In this document: in pieces, positions 50,601 through 63,540 of the stretch
Numbering within the stretch: the stretch's first letter is position 1
Layout: every line of letters begins with the position of its first letter
Assembly: GCA_030141605.1 (NCBI GenBank)
Contig: JAQGDQ010000078.1
Location: 558,001 to 622,000, forward strand
Direction of reading: 5' to 3'
Origin: Tubiluchus corallicola
Taxonomy: Eukaryota; Animalia; Priapulida
Length of the DNA: 64,000 nucleotides
Notes under the pieces: model-generated
Seen by the model: the letters and a program-made list of their open reading frames with translations, nothing else
Databases searched by the model: none
Told to the model about the DNA's origin: nothing
Translations under genes and position numbers: made by a program

Positions 50601-53600
50601 AAAGATGTGCCGTATGGGCATCTGACTCAGATTTACGCTTGAACGAAACTACAAAAAATATTTACTCAAGTTTTATAAGGAACACTCCTGTGGGTATTTA
50701 CTTCCCTGACCCTCGACTGTGTGTTGACATTGAAAGTGATAATGACGAAGAAGTAACTAGTGAGACTTTGAGCTCAGATGAGAATGTCAGTAATGTAGGT
50801 GTCAGCACAAGCACAACGCACTATGAACTCCAATTCAAAGCTTCGCCTTCCGGGATTTATAGATGGAAGTTGGTGCTTGAATAACTTAAACGAACCTGTT
50901 TTGTTTTTAATTGTTAAGTTGTATTATTTATTCCTATTTTAACATAATAAAATCTCAGTGGTATTATTGTTGATATAAAGTGTATGTGACTATAGTTTGC
51001 TGATAAAACTCAATCTAAGTTTTTCATTGGGATTTACATTCACATTTACATTCAATTATTTTCTTTCCCCCTCCCAGAAAAGTACTAGTGTACTGTAGTA
51101 GGTTCAGTACTTGTAATAATATTTCTGCAAGTTTCTCTTACTTTTTGAATTACGGTATTAAGCATTATATATCTGTTTTACAATTATGGCGACTTCTTGT
51201 ATGATACATTGTGTTTTGGAGGGGTCAAGGCTGGTGTAGTTTTTAAGTAGTGCATCTTACTAACTAGAACTGCTTTCTCAACACTGTACAGCTTATGATG
51301 AAAAGGCAACATCATAAGATGGACAGTGAAAACTATTATTAGTACAATAAAGCCCCACGTATTCGTAGAGAGTTGAAAGTGTATCGAAATGCACTGGCCG
51401 ATGTTCAAGGGATGTTTATTTAGATGTTATGTAATTTTAGGCTTTATCTACTAGCCAAAACTCGGCCACGGAGGAAGAGGAACCAGCTCCCTTACCTTCT
51501 GAACCTCCTCCTCCTGACGATGTTCCAGCTCCTCCTCCTGAGCCCGCACCCGATCTCCCGCCTGTCCCTTCTATGGTTTCCATACCACCTGTATATAATG
51601 ATGATGACGATATTGCCGCTCCCCCTGTTGAACCTCTTTCTCCTGTTCGCTGTGAAATCATCGTAGAGGACACATCAGCTTTTGAATTAGCAGCTCGTGA
51701 TCCAAACATGGACGTCACTGAAGCGGAACCAATGGATATTGTTGATTCTAGTTCTGGAAAAACGACGCCAGTTGATGCGTTACTCAACATTCCTCTGCCA
51801 GAAGGTATGTTTTGTCAGATTTGTGTAAAAATTTGTAAGAATTTATTGGCTTATTGTCAGAATTAGATACTGGATTGATTGAGTGTTGATCATTTGCTGT
51901 GCAATGGAAAGCTTTAATTTCATTATCTTTCAATTTTTACATAAACCGCTTTTGATTAATTGTACTATTTTTACATTTTTATGAAGGAATGCCGACGCCA
52001 TTGAAGCAGCCTAAATCTCGCAAGTCTCGCGCATCAACTGATGTTACAGACGATGAAGAAGATAGCGGCTCAGTCACTGTGAGTTCGGTGCACACTAGTG
52101 ATTTGTCTGACTTTGACGACGAGATTAGTCTTTCTTCTGATGATGTTGAATATCTCATGAGATCCCAGTCAGATGAAGAAGGTGACTCCTTTTACCTTGT
52201 ATACAAGCAGAAACGGCTGACGCAGGGCCGGATTATGACCTTTGGGGTCTCTAGGCTAATGAAATTATCGGGTCTCCTCAGATAGAGGCACCCTTTAATT
52301 TGCTCATGCTCGTCAAGAATATTTTTACTTGTGATACATTTCAGTAATATTTGCAGGGGCCCCTATTTCAAATAAAGGGCTTCAAAAAGGGGCCATTATC
52401 TGAAATAAAGGGCTTCAAACAAGGGTGCTTTTTCGCAGATAAAAAGACTCTAAGGATCCTTTATCTCAAATGAGGAGCCACTTTAAAATTGGATTTTCAG
52501 ATCTCCTGCCTCCTTTTTCAAACTTGAAGATTTATTTTAAGTTATATGAATTATTCAGCAATGCAAAGTACAGGACACCCCAAGCTTGAGGGGTCCTAGG
52601 CTGCTGCTTATACCACAGTCCAGACCTGCTTACATACAAAAACCATTTTTGTGATGTTTGTATAGGTCCTGGGTTGGATGGTCGAGTGGTCTAGATTTTG
52701 TACTGCAACCACACAGTCTTGAGTTCGATACTAGCAGCTGCCAGTGCCAGGGCATATACTCTATATGTTATTCATTGTTTGAGTGTAGCGTTCTTACCTG
52801 TATTGTTGCGAGTGTAAGTCGCTAAATAGCCTTTAGTACTGATGTTGTCTGTTAAACAAGTGATGGTAAATAAATGTTGTGTTTTTGTGACTTTTATCTT
52901 TCTTTTTTGTTTTTTTTTCAAAGAAAATAATAAAGCAAGGCAGGTTCAGAGGCTAGGACCTTATTACAGAGTAACAAATAAAAATTTTGGGCATTTTCAT
53001 CCTCCTTGGTTAATTTTTTGTGCATTTGGCCAAATTTTTCAGAAGTTGGTGATAAAAGAGGAGCTGATGTAGCTACAATAGAAAGCCAGAAGAAACCTTC
53101 ACCATCAACTGAACAAGCCCTTCCAAAAACTCCTAAAAAGGTGAAGTCAATCAAATATATGAACTATACATACCTTGTTTTTGCACAAATTTATAAAAGA
53201 TGCTAAGGCTATTTAAACTATGCAGTTACCTTTATCATTTATTTTCTTTTCACTAGTTGATATTGCTTAATGTATATGGAAATTAGGTGTTGGAGAAGAA
53301 TATTACATCTGAACTGCAAATGAAGTAGTGTTGAGAATTAATAAATTGATATCGATAAAGAAATAAATAAATTAAGTTTACTTTTTATTAATGTGTTATT
53401 TTTTTTCTTGCATTTATGTTAAAGGTAAACTAATTTTTTTCAGGACACACCCAGTGATTCAGCACTTATTGGTAAGTTACCAGTAACAACATTAAGTTTA
53501 AATCTTTATTAATTAAGACGAGGGGAAATAGCTGAGCTTTTGCAATTGATGTCCTCCTTCAGAAGATTTTCCTTTATTGTGAACTAGATTCCAGTCTCAC

Positions 53601-56600
53601 CATAACTATCTATATTACGTTGATTTTGGCTTGCGGTGCACCAAATTGCATGAAGAAAAATAGTATTGATTCTGTACGTCGTTATGTAGCCTGGTAAATG
53701 GCCTTATAGATAGCCGTGTCAATATGTACTTGTGAATTGGTCTTCTTATATTGCTTTCATTGTTGTCCTTTAAGTGATCAGACACTTGAGCAATTTAACT
53801 TTGAAACTTTAATTTGCAGTTACACGAACACCAAAAAAGGAACTGTTGAAAGAGCAAAAGTTAGCAGAGAAAAAAATTGCAGTGCGTCGAGCAAAACTGA
53901 AGGACAGACAGAACATGAAAAAAGAAGAGCTGCTGACTGACATCATTTGTCCCATAACAAGGTTAGGAAACCAAAAATGTTTACAGAACACGAGTTTTCT
54001 AATAGAAGGTTGATATTGATGTTTGCTTGGCATCATGATGCACCACAAAGATAACATTCTTCTAAAGAGGCTTTATGAATTAAGCCTTTTCACAATTCCA
54101 GCAATTGATGATAATTGTGAAAAAATCAAAAGATAAATGAACCAGACAACGCATTTATTAATTCTTGACAGCGCCTTGCAGCCTATGCTATTGTCTAACT
54201 AGAACCTTACCTAGTTCATTTTTTCTTGTTCCCAAGCAAGATCCTGCTAGTAAATTACTCTACATCACGCAGACTAATGCATAATTAAGTAAAGTCTAAG
54301 GACAACAACAAGGAAATGACATTGCAACTGAACTTACTGAACTGATATGGCAGATGGCTTTGTTTTACCACGTGTCACGTTGCTGTTGTAGTTAAGATGC
54401 GTTGCTGTGGTTCACTTAAGCTTTGACCTACAGCAACTGCACGTGAGCACATCAAAACTATGAAAAGGTGTATTGTAAGCGATTATTTTAATATATTTTA
54501 GTTGCATGGATATGATTTCAATAATGTTTTGGATTAATGATGTACGTTTGCTAAAACATTTAATAATTCTATGGCTAAGCAACTATTGGCTGCATATTTA
54601 TATAATAAATTACTGTTTAATGGATTCGTAGGTATGGTTAATAAGAGCACGAATTGATCAAGCTATACAATCAATCTCGGATATAAGGGACACCTCGGGA
54701 CCGGGAAAAACCGTCCTTTATATTTGATGTCCCTTAAAAAGCCGAAATTGAGTCAGACCGAGGGTGTATCTAGACCTGTACTTTTCTGTACTTTTACCCA
54801 TATTTTTATGGATTATTGCTACACATACAGTGCAAACGGTATGTAGGAAGCTCCTTCAGTGATGCGAAATGTATGTGACTGTGGAAACCGAGCTGTTCGA
54901 AAGCTGAGTTTGCGAAAAATTGTGGTTAAAAATCGATCAATTTCGCTTTGATCATAGGGTCCCTTATGTGCGGGACCTGAAGAGATCGTCCCTTATAACG
55001 GAAAGTCCCTTATATCCAAGTACTTTATATACAAAGATTTTTACATAGGAAAAATGTTACAAAAATCTTGACCCCTGTTGGTGGTCCCTTATAAGCGAGT
55101 GCCCCTTATAAGCGACCTTATACCCGAGGTTGACTGTATATTTATTTTTTTGGAAAACAGCATTTTTATTATTATCAGATCAGATGTATATCCTTTATTA
55201 GTACATTTTCACTTATATGTATATGTTTTTGACACTATTAAATATTTCAGCATTGCAGATGTGGAAAATCCGAGGTACTTTGGAGTGTGTGCTAGAAGAG
55301 CAGCTCTAGCGAAGATCAGGGTGAACCATTACCTCCTGAACCCGCCTGATGCTCAACCTATTGTACACAAGTTGCTCAAGGGCAAAAAAGTGCGAACTGC
55401 TGTGAGAGAGTACAGCTCATTTCAGAGCTTGTCTGAGAAACATTCTACGGTAATCTAGCTTCTTGCAGCAAGAAACAAACTTAATGAATTTAAATGTAGT
55501 GTTTGTTAAATATACACAGTATTTACATAACTAATTACCACGTATATGGGCAGTTATTCTAGTCCTTAAATTAAAACATAATTATGTTCATTAAGGAAAG
55601 GTACCAATTTCTTAGGCGTCAAAATATAACATTTTGATTACACACAGTGCAAATATTATTACTAGTGTTTTGCCTTTTAGGAACATCGTGGGAGAATGAA
55701 CTTTGTTGACATTGATACAGATGTTACATTTGCAGTGAAACCTGGTAGACAAACTAGAAACAGCGCTGGTGTTATACCATCCGCTTTCCAGGCTGCTCCA
55801 GGTGAACATAAGTCTTTCAAAGTACAAAAATTCAGTTACTAATGTGTGAGATAAGCTATACTATAGTTGCTTATTTTTAACCACTAGATCGTGAGTTAGT
55901 AAAATTATTTTGCTGTAGTGTAATTTTTTGTTTTGCTGCTGCGTACCACACGATGGTCATACCATAAGTGGTTGCACCATGTGATTCACTGTTATAGAGA
56001 TTCAGTAGATGGTGATTTCATCACACAGTGCTACACCAAACTGTATTGCACCACAGGTTTTACACCCCTTGATATAGTAGCACCACATAATGGTGTATCA
56101 TATGGCTGGTGTGCTGCATCATGGTGTTTTAACATTGAAAAATTGTAAATGTTTTAATATGAATTAGTTAATGAATTATTAATTACACGGTGTTTCAGAT
56201 TACTATTATTATTATTTTATTTCACACAGTAACAGATACAGCTATATATACATATACACAAAATATAACAAGAAATACTTAGAATACACACATAAAAAAG
56301 AAAGAAATTTATGTGCATAAACAAAACAATTTATAAAAATGGCATTAATTTTCACTTATCCTTCACAGATGATCATGTAAACACTCATTAAAAGCATGAA
56401 TAGGTACTTTTTTAACATTTGCGTTACCAAATCTTATAGGCCATCCTTCTTCTCAAGTGACAGTGATTGTCTTTAGTTAAATGCAACATTAATTGAATAT
56501 TATCAATGTTCGAGTTTTAAATTTCCTTTAAAAAGATGATTTTTTACAAGATTTTTATAAGTTTGCAGGCATAGTACCCAGTAATTCATTAAAACTTTGA

Positions 56601-59600
56601 CAATCTCATTAGATCTATAATTAAAAATCTTCTTATAGGCTGCATTCCAGCAAACTTTTAAAAATTTTTCTTGCTCAGTAGAAAATGAACTAACTTCTAC
56701 TGTGTATAGCATTATGTTCTTGTGTTCTTACGGTTCTCGACCGTAAAGTATTCTATCATACAGTATTCTTGCCCAGTTACGTAGCATCACATCCATAACT
56801 GATCACTGATAAATGTAGTACGCTGCTTAGAATATTCATTTTTCATATGGCGCTGTTATCCGTCTTCATGTCTTTTTTTAAATAGGCCTTACTCACGAGA
56901 GATTGAAGAATGAAGTGCTTAGCTCTAGTTTCAAAGTGCACAGTTCAAGACTTGAGGCGAGTTCTGGACAAGAAGAAAAACATGTTTCTAGTTACAGCAG
57001 CAGTTACAGTATTCCCAGCAGCAGTTTGGATAATCGTGATCATTCGGCTATATTTAGACACAGGCGTCCAATGCATGAACCGGTTACAGAATTACATAGA
57101 TCAAGAACTCGTGCAACTTCTAAAGCTACAGATGAGTTTTCGGAGGTAACTATAAAAGTATAAATTCTTCTTTTGTCTAATGCTTTTGCAATTTATTGCA
57201 CATTTGTAATTCTGAAGTCTGAAGTTTATATCGTTTTCTAGTAGGATACATACAAAACGTAGATCTGGTTATGAATGTATGATTATTTTAAAGATACAGC
57301 TGAACTTCGTTATAATTCCTCCTGTATAATGCCAACCAGCTTAGCAAAGCTAAATGTCTATATTTGCATAGACATATGTATTATTGCATATCATTATAAT
57401 GCAAAACTCACTATAACGCCAATTTTTTGCAATCTTGAAGTAAAGCTGTTGATTGTACTTGCATCAAAATGTGCTGACGTTTTCCTTTAACATATTAGAT
57501 GTTATTAACATGTTAAAAGTGTTTTTTATATGTTTTCCAGATCTCATCAGATGCGCTGTCTGTTTCATCAGCTGATTCTGCAGTGAAAAACTTACCAAGC
57601 AAGTATAGGCAAATTAAAAACACTTCCACTGAATCGTCTTCTTCAAACAGCGAGAAAAAATCATCTCAGAGTTCGCCTGATTCTGCTCATCATGCAAAGT
57701 CATCTAGTTCAAGTGATCGTAATCGCAAGCAGCAGCGGTACCTTGAGGCTAGAAGGAGCAAAAGAACAAGCGCACATCGCAAGCACAAGACAGAGAAACA
57801 TGCCAAATGGCATAAAAAACGCACCGAATCTGAAGTAAGTGAATCGTCTTCAAATACTGGGCCTAGTAGTGCTGAGGTTAGCAGGTCAAGGAGATCTTCA
57901 TTAAGCCAGAGGAGGCAAAGCATAGAAAATGTATCATCAGAAACTCATTCATCTAGTTCTAGTGAACCCAAGGTTAAAAAGAAAAGGAAAGTCACAGCAG
58001 AGAGTGAACAGTCATCTAGTAGTTCACAAGAAGTTAAAGTGAATAAAATGAAAGGCCTTCCATCGGATGAAGGTGAAGTTTCTGATTCTTCAAGGTCAAG
58101 TACTTCGTCAACTAGTCAGGGTCAACAATATTTTTCACGTCAGCGTCAGAAGAAGAACAAATATCGTAGGACTTCTAAAAAAGCAGCCAAACACAGGAAA
58201 TCCTTCAAAACAAAAATAGACAGGAAAGAATGGCGTGATAAAAGACGATCAAAAGTCAAGGGTTTGTCAGTGTCATCCATGAGTAGTGAAGCAGAACTTG
58301 GTGCAGCCCAGAGAAGTTTTGATGCAGATAGAGATGTACCAATTTCAAATGCTAGGTTTGTTCATAGGGATCCCTATATTGAACCATATGAACCAAATTT
58401 AACTGCCGAAGCCAGCCCAGTTTCATCTGTTTCTGATAGTGACATGCTAATGCCACATCCTGAATTAGCAAATAAATCTCTGGCAGTTCCTGTAAGTGAG
58501 GGTGAGTTGGAAGATGAATTCCCCAAGACTGAGTCAAAGAGCAAAAAATATGTTGTAACTCGTAAAGAGTCCGCATCTGAGGAAGGTGAACTATCTGAAT
58601 CCTCAGCTTCAGTGTCAGAAGAGAAAACTCCCAATAAAGAAGAAGCATCAGGACTGACGTTGCCAGAACGGAGGGTACTAGAAGCCTCGCCAGTCTCTTC
58701 ACTATCGGACAATGAGAAAGCTGATGAGATCTACAATCCACCTAATGTGGAAGCTGATAATGTTCGATGTGATGCGGTTGAAGATACAGGTGAAGCTGGG
58801 TCACCTATATCTAGTGACGATGCTGATTTAGAAAAAGTTACTGCTGAAAATCTTGTTTGTGTGGAACAACCCGTGTCAGCTGAAGAAGGTGAAATTGCAG
58901 ACTCTGATTCAAGTGATGCTCCTCGCATTACACCTTCATCCTTGCCAATAAATTCAGCACCATGGAAACCAGCTCAACAGTTAAAATCTAATGATTCAGT
59001 AGCTCAGATGCGAAGCAAACAAATTAAAAGTTTTGATGTTAAATCACAAGAGGAACCAGAAGAGGGCGAAATTGGTGATGACGAAGGTGAGGATGACCAA
59101 TATCCAATTTCACCAATTTCTTCTGATAGTATAGATGACACGCTGAAAAATCCCAGGGAGCAGAAGACTGTTGAAATAAGTCCTGTCGGATCTCCAGTAT
59201 CTGAGGCAGATTTTGACATGACCACTGTGAAGCAATCAATTCCTATGGAAAAAGAAAATGTATGTTCGTCAGATAGTCCCGCATTCGTTGAAAGCCCCGT
59301 CAGTGCAACGCAAGAGCAGTTGGATACTCCTAACCGTGCCACAGTTAATGAAACTTCTGAAATATCTTCTGCAGAAGAGCTAGACGAGATTAGCTGTTCT
59401 TCTCCAAGTGCTGCCGTTACCGAGAAAAGGTCTGAAGGTAAAAAAACACATAATGTCATGGAAAACACAGGTAACGTAAGAGAAACAAGCAAGAACTCTA
59501 CAATTCATCTCCAGCGAGACAATGTTGTATCACCTCAGGCCCCCATCTTCACTGAGCCACATCATTCTGATGAAATCTCTGACAGCAGCTTACAGAGTCC

Positions 59601-61807
59601 GAGTCAGAGTGAATCAGCATGTGATAGTGAACCGATACAACCACTCGTGTCCATGACAACTGATAAGTTGGGGATGGCAGATGTTTCATCTGGAAGGGGT
59701 TCCGGAAGTCACCAGAGGTCATCAATGAATATTAAAGAAGTATCACGTGGATCTCAGATAAAGGAAAGCAATAAAGGACACCTGAAGGGTAAATTAATTT
59801 GATTTTGGAATGACTAACAAATTAATGTCATAAAAATAAAAGGGTAGTTAATCAGAATCAGGTTTATTAGTATTAATGATTTTTCATGAAATTACTGCTC
59901 CCTTTGCCAGTTAAATAACATTAATTATGTAGAATTCCAGAATGTCATTTAAGTAAGCAAAATAAAATAGTTGTGTGATGTAATTTGTTTATTTTGCTTT
60001 TACTGTGTTTAGATGACATTCTGGAATTCTATATGAACTGATGAAGAAGTATGGTTTCCCAAAAATCCTTAATACCAATCAGCCTGGTTGTGACTAGCTA
60101 CTTCTTTATTTTTATTATGGATACACAAAACCAATTTTTAAATTGATGTGATATTGATCAAATCTTCTGGGTATACATTTATACTGTATGTGTATGAACT
60201 TCCTGTGGTTTTCGCATGGTTACAATTAACTATGTTATGTACTTGGAAGTCCATAACATTGTGTAACACCAATGCATTACATTGTGGCACCCATATGTTA
60301 AACAGGTTTTTTCTCCCTTTCTGTAAATGTTTTAGTATTGTATCAAAACAAGTATAAAAACATGTTCTCAAATTGTTCATATTGTAATTTGATTACTACT
60401 CTTGCTAGTACAGCAAACCTGTTTTTACTGCCTAGTTTGGCACTCCAGAAATAGTTGGCATTAAGCGAGTTTGGCACTATAACTAGGTGCATTAATAACT
60501 GCATGTCTATGCAAATATAGACATTTTGTTTTGCCAAAAATGTGGGCGTTAAATGAGGTTGTCATTCGCTATAGGAAGGTGTGACTGTAGTTAGACTGAA
60601 AACACTGGCATGACAGTATGATGTTCTTGTGATTTAACAATCTCTGTGAGGTTTATTAAACAGTTAAGGATGATGATTACAATCTGTTTCAGAGCTAACA
60701 CGTGGATCACTTGCAGATGACAAAACTGAGTTGGCGACTACAAAATCAAAGGGCTCTTCTCCCGGGGAAGGCAGTTCAAAGTAGGTATCATATTACCCTA
60801 GCAAGAGGCTAAGAATTCATGTGAATAGTGCATGTGCAGCCAATTTTTTATAATCGGTCAAGCTGACTATATAATTTCACCAAGCTAGTTCGTTTAAGAC
60901 CTGAAGCGTATCAAGACATTACGGCGCCTTAAGCTTATAGTTCAGTTCCGCCCATCTCTGATATGCATTTTGTAATCATTTATGTGTGAAGTTCAATAAA
61001 TTACTTTTAGTGCATAACACTTATGTGAAGCAGGCTGTGTACCTGCTTATGGTATAGTACATTTTATGTAATAAGCTTTTTCACAGTTCCAGCGATGATG
61101 ATCGTGAAAAGGTCAAAAAGGTTAAGTGTACCAGACAATGCATTTACACTTGAGAATACCTTGCTGCCCAAACTGTTGTAATAGAGTAACAGTTTTAACA
61201 GCTAGCTTGTTCTTGTTCCCAAGCAAGATCCTGCTAGTAAATCACTCTATGCACAGACTAATGCATAATTAAGTAAAGTCCACATAAAACAACAGTAGTC
61301 ACTGAACTGATGTAGCAGATGGTTTTGCTTTACACACAGTACATGATGGTTGTAGTTATGGTGCATTGCTATGGTACATTTAACCTTTGAACTACATCAA
61401 CTGCACGTATAATCAACGAAACTATGAAAAGGTTTAGTGTACTTTTTGTTATATGGCACTTATATGAAGGCAGAATGTAACTGTTTGTGGTCAGTTATAA
61501 AGTAAATGCTGTATACAAAAAACATGAAAAGATACATATTTTCGAGGCGAAAATTTTTTAACACTAGGTACGCCTCTAAAATCTGGTTCCCTCAAAATTT
61601 GGCATCCTAGGCTGCAACCTAGCCTATTGGTAAATATGCCCTTGTTAAGATTTGTTAATTAGTGATGTTCATATAAGTTTTGCAATGTCCTGTTTGTTGT
61701 CATTTTGCAGAACTGTGTTGGAGCGAAGCACTAGGAGGCGAGTTATGCCAGCTTACCTTCAGGATCATTATGTGCAACCGCTAGGCAAAAAGCAAAAGTA
61801 TCAGTAG
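47650..61807 (+). CDS. BOD1L1: BOD1/BOD1L1-like (COMPASS Shg1-domain) protein, long isoform ~1440 aa, 15 coding exons
   Basis: Exons 47650-47781 (LPPGDPELV...LKKEGLFDQFRKDFLSDIDTK), 49020-49144 (PAFQHLR...LNKNQIR), 49757-49899 (SGMDRIVEQVIDP), 50283-50365, 51441-51804, 51987-52181 (TVSSVHTSDLS, recalled from vertebrate BOD1L1), 53043-53140, 53444-53471, 53820-53961, 55251-55449, 55681-55801, 56886-57145, 57541-59788, 60693-60780, 61711-61807. Total 4323 nt with consistent phases. The downstream low-complexity exons are less certain than the N-terminal domain. Confidence 0.8.
50283..50884 (+). CDS. Putative extended alternative last exon of the BOD1L gene (short ~333 aa isoform)
   Basis: The frame of exon 4 stays open past the donor AAG|GTAGCA (50365) for ~172 more codons, to TAA at 50882-50884. 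AATAAA follows at ~50946, then GT-rich sequence. Confidence 0.55.
52223..52628. mobile_element. hAT-like MITE (CAGGGCCGGA...TCCAGACCTG); truncated relative at ~13399-13520
   Basis: Terminal inverted repeats and internal AAATAAAGGGCTTCAAA repeats. The CAGGGCCGGA(C/T)TATGACC...CTAGGCTAATGAAATTAT head is shared with 13399. Confidence 0.65.
52665..52850 (+). mobile_element. tRNA-derived SINE-like head
   Basis: Pol III A box TGGTCGAGTGG (52679-52689) and B box GAGTTCGATAC (52721-52731) at tRNA-like spacing. No intact cloverleaf. Confidence 0.55.
54084..54468. mobile_element. ~370-bp MITE with CCTTTTCACA/T(G/A)TGAAAAGG ends (PIF/Harbinger-like), copy 1
   Basis: Shares core TTCTTGTTCCCAAGCAA...AGACTAATGCATAATTAAGTAAAGTC with 61074-61432 and 63541-63920. 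Confidence 0.7.
54668..55136. mobile_element. Pogo-like MITE (family C)
   Basis: TA|CAATCAATCTCGGATATAAGG...CCTTATACCCGAGGTTGACTG|TA, with subterminal CCCTTATA repeats. Confidence 0.75.
56503..56712 (-). pseudogene. Degenerate non-LTR retrotransposon (LINE ORF2 C-terminal) remnant
   Basis: LYTVEV...LKVCWNAAYKKIFNYRSNEIVKVL resembles the post-RT 'LLY..E...L.V.WN.A.RKIF....ESVK' region of invertebrate LINEs. Confidence 0.5.
59843..60102. repeat. Fold-back palindrome (~260 bp) in a BOD1L intron
   Basis: Inner arms TAGAATTCCAGAATGTCAT / ATGACATTCTGGAATTCTA are perfect (19 bp). Outer arms GTAGTTAATCAGAATCAGG / CCTGGTTGTGACTAGCTAC are degenerate. Confidence 0.8.
60411..60587. mobile_element. Short Tc1/mariner-pogo-like MITE (family A)
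   Basis: TA|CAGCAAACCT...AGGTGTGACTG|TA ends; colinear with 101-272. Confidence 0.65.
61074..61432. mobile_element. Same MITE family, copy 2
   Basis: Colinear with 54084-54468. Confidence 0.7.
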
Positions 61808-63540
61808 TTACCATAATAATTTTCACAATAATAATACTGTAAATATAAGATTTGTATGCTACCATTTACTTAAACTTAGAAGCTGCAGCTCATATTTAAC
61901 TAGTTTCTGAAAGGAAAAAATTACTTATAGGTTAATATTAGTTAGCTTCCATAGCAAAAGATAACTCAGCATGTCATTTAATTAAGAGGTAATTAAGTTT
62001 TACGAGGCTGAGAAGATCAACGAAATTCAGGTAAAGATGATGTAATCTAAACTTGTTGGTCAAGTTTTGCAAGCATGCTGCAGTAAATTAAAAATGAAAA
62101 TCAATGGTTGTCAAAACAAGTCTTGCAATAAAAAATTATTTTAACCTGTTCTGTAATATGTTCTATGATGGCATTACTGATCTTAATATTCAAGACACTG
62201 GTATAACCTTTTCTCTTTAATAATGCCACGGTGATTTACTTTATCAATTTTATTTTCTTCGACTTTGATTTTTGCTATTTTTACCAATGAGTAGAAAATT
62301 AGTTGGTTTACATCTGCTCTACCACTAATACATTCTGAGATTATTTTTAGTAATACAGTTAATTCTTCTTAACTCAGAGTATCAGTGCAGACCCTGGTGG
62401 ATTATTTACGTTCTACATGTTCACTGAACCAGTATTCACTTGAGCAACTACTCCAGTCCTGTTAAGAAGAATTAGCTGGTATTTTTTTCACCTGGCAGCC
62501 CTACCAGTCGATAAATTCTGAGCAGGGTTTGATGAAAAGTGGCTAAAGTGTTTATTTATTGTTGATAATGTGCTCTGAAATTTCAGAATACTCTGAAATT
62601 ATGCGTATAGACTATTGCAGTTTGTAATCTAATGAAGCCCAGTTTGCTAATGTTTCAATGCTAATCTGGCATCAAGTAAATTATGTACATGTAGCCTACA
62701 TAGTAGACAAAAATCCTAGTTCTGTATAATGCAATACAATTAACAGATGCTGTGTATTTTAAATTGTTTATATAGTTTATGTATGAAATGTGCTTGACCT
62801 TTGTGTAAGATTCAATTAAAGAAAGCTTTCTCGGTTGCAGTTTAACTGCTAATAACAGCTGTTATAAACTGTGGTGGTACCCACTACTCAGATGTTAAAG
62901 TTGCACTAAATTATGTTTTTATAATTACACAACTTTTTGAGATAATGTTAAATTCATTTCGCATAACTTTGCTTTTGCTGCAGCAGAATTATGTAATATA
63001 AGTATTTATGTAATTTTGCTTGTTTGTTGATTAAGTATATATCAGTTTGCATAAAAACAAAATTTGGAGGATAATAACAACCTATCATAACAATGAAAAC
63101 AACACAATAAAAGGATAATCTTTGATTGTTTGCAGATTTATGAAAAACTAATTTACAAGTGCTTCACAAAAAATATTCAACCTATACTAACAGAACAGAT
63201 TAATTTCAAAATTAATTTCAGAACATTTTATTCTACAAATTCTCGAATAGTACGTAATCGTCAGACAGAAGGCCTGATAAAAATACAATGTCGGTAAGAA
63301 GTATACAAAAGGCCCTGAATATTCTCAAAATACCAATTACAAAATAGTAACAGTCACTTTATCTATAAAATATCTAAACACATCAAAAAGCTCATTATGC
63401 TCAAACTCCTCTCACTCATTCAATTCCACCTATCACGATAAAAGTTTTTCTAGATAACTCAGAATCACATATGGAACGTAAATTATTCTACATCAGTGTA
63501 TTCTGTATTCATTATAAACTAAACTACAAATGAGCTAATA

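Noticed and set aside
52665-52745. Possible tRNA gene
   Set aside because: A and B boxes are present but there is no acceptor stem or anticodon arm; treated as a SINE head.
52885-53010. Strong polypyrimidine tract and possible extra BOD1L exon
   Set aside because: No donor gives the phase needed to rejoin 53043.
57690-59492. Several long minus-strand ORFs
   Set aside because: Antisense shadows of the Ser-rich BOD1L exon.
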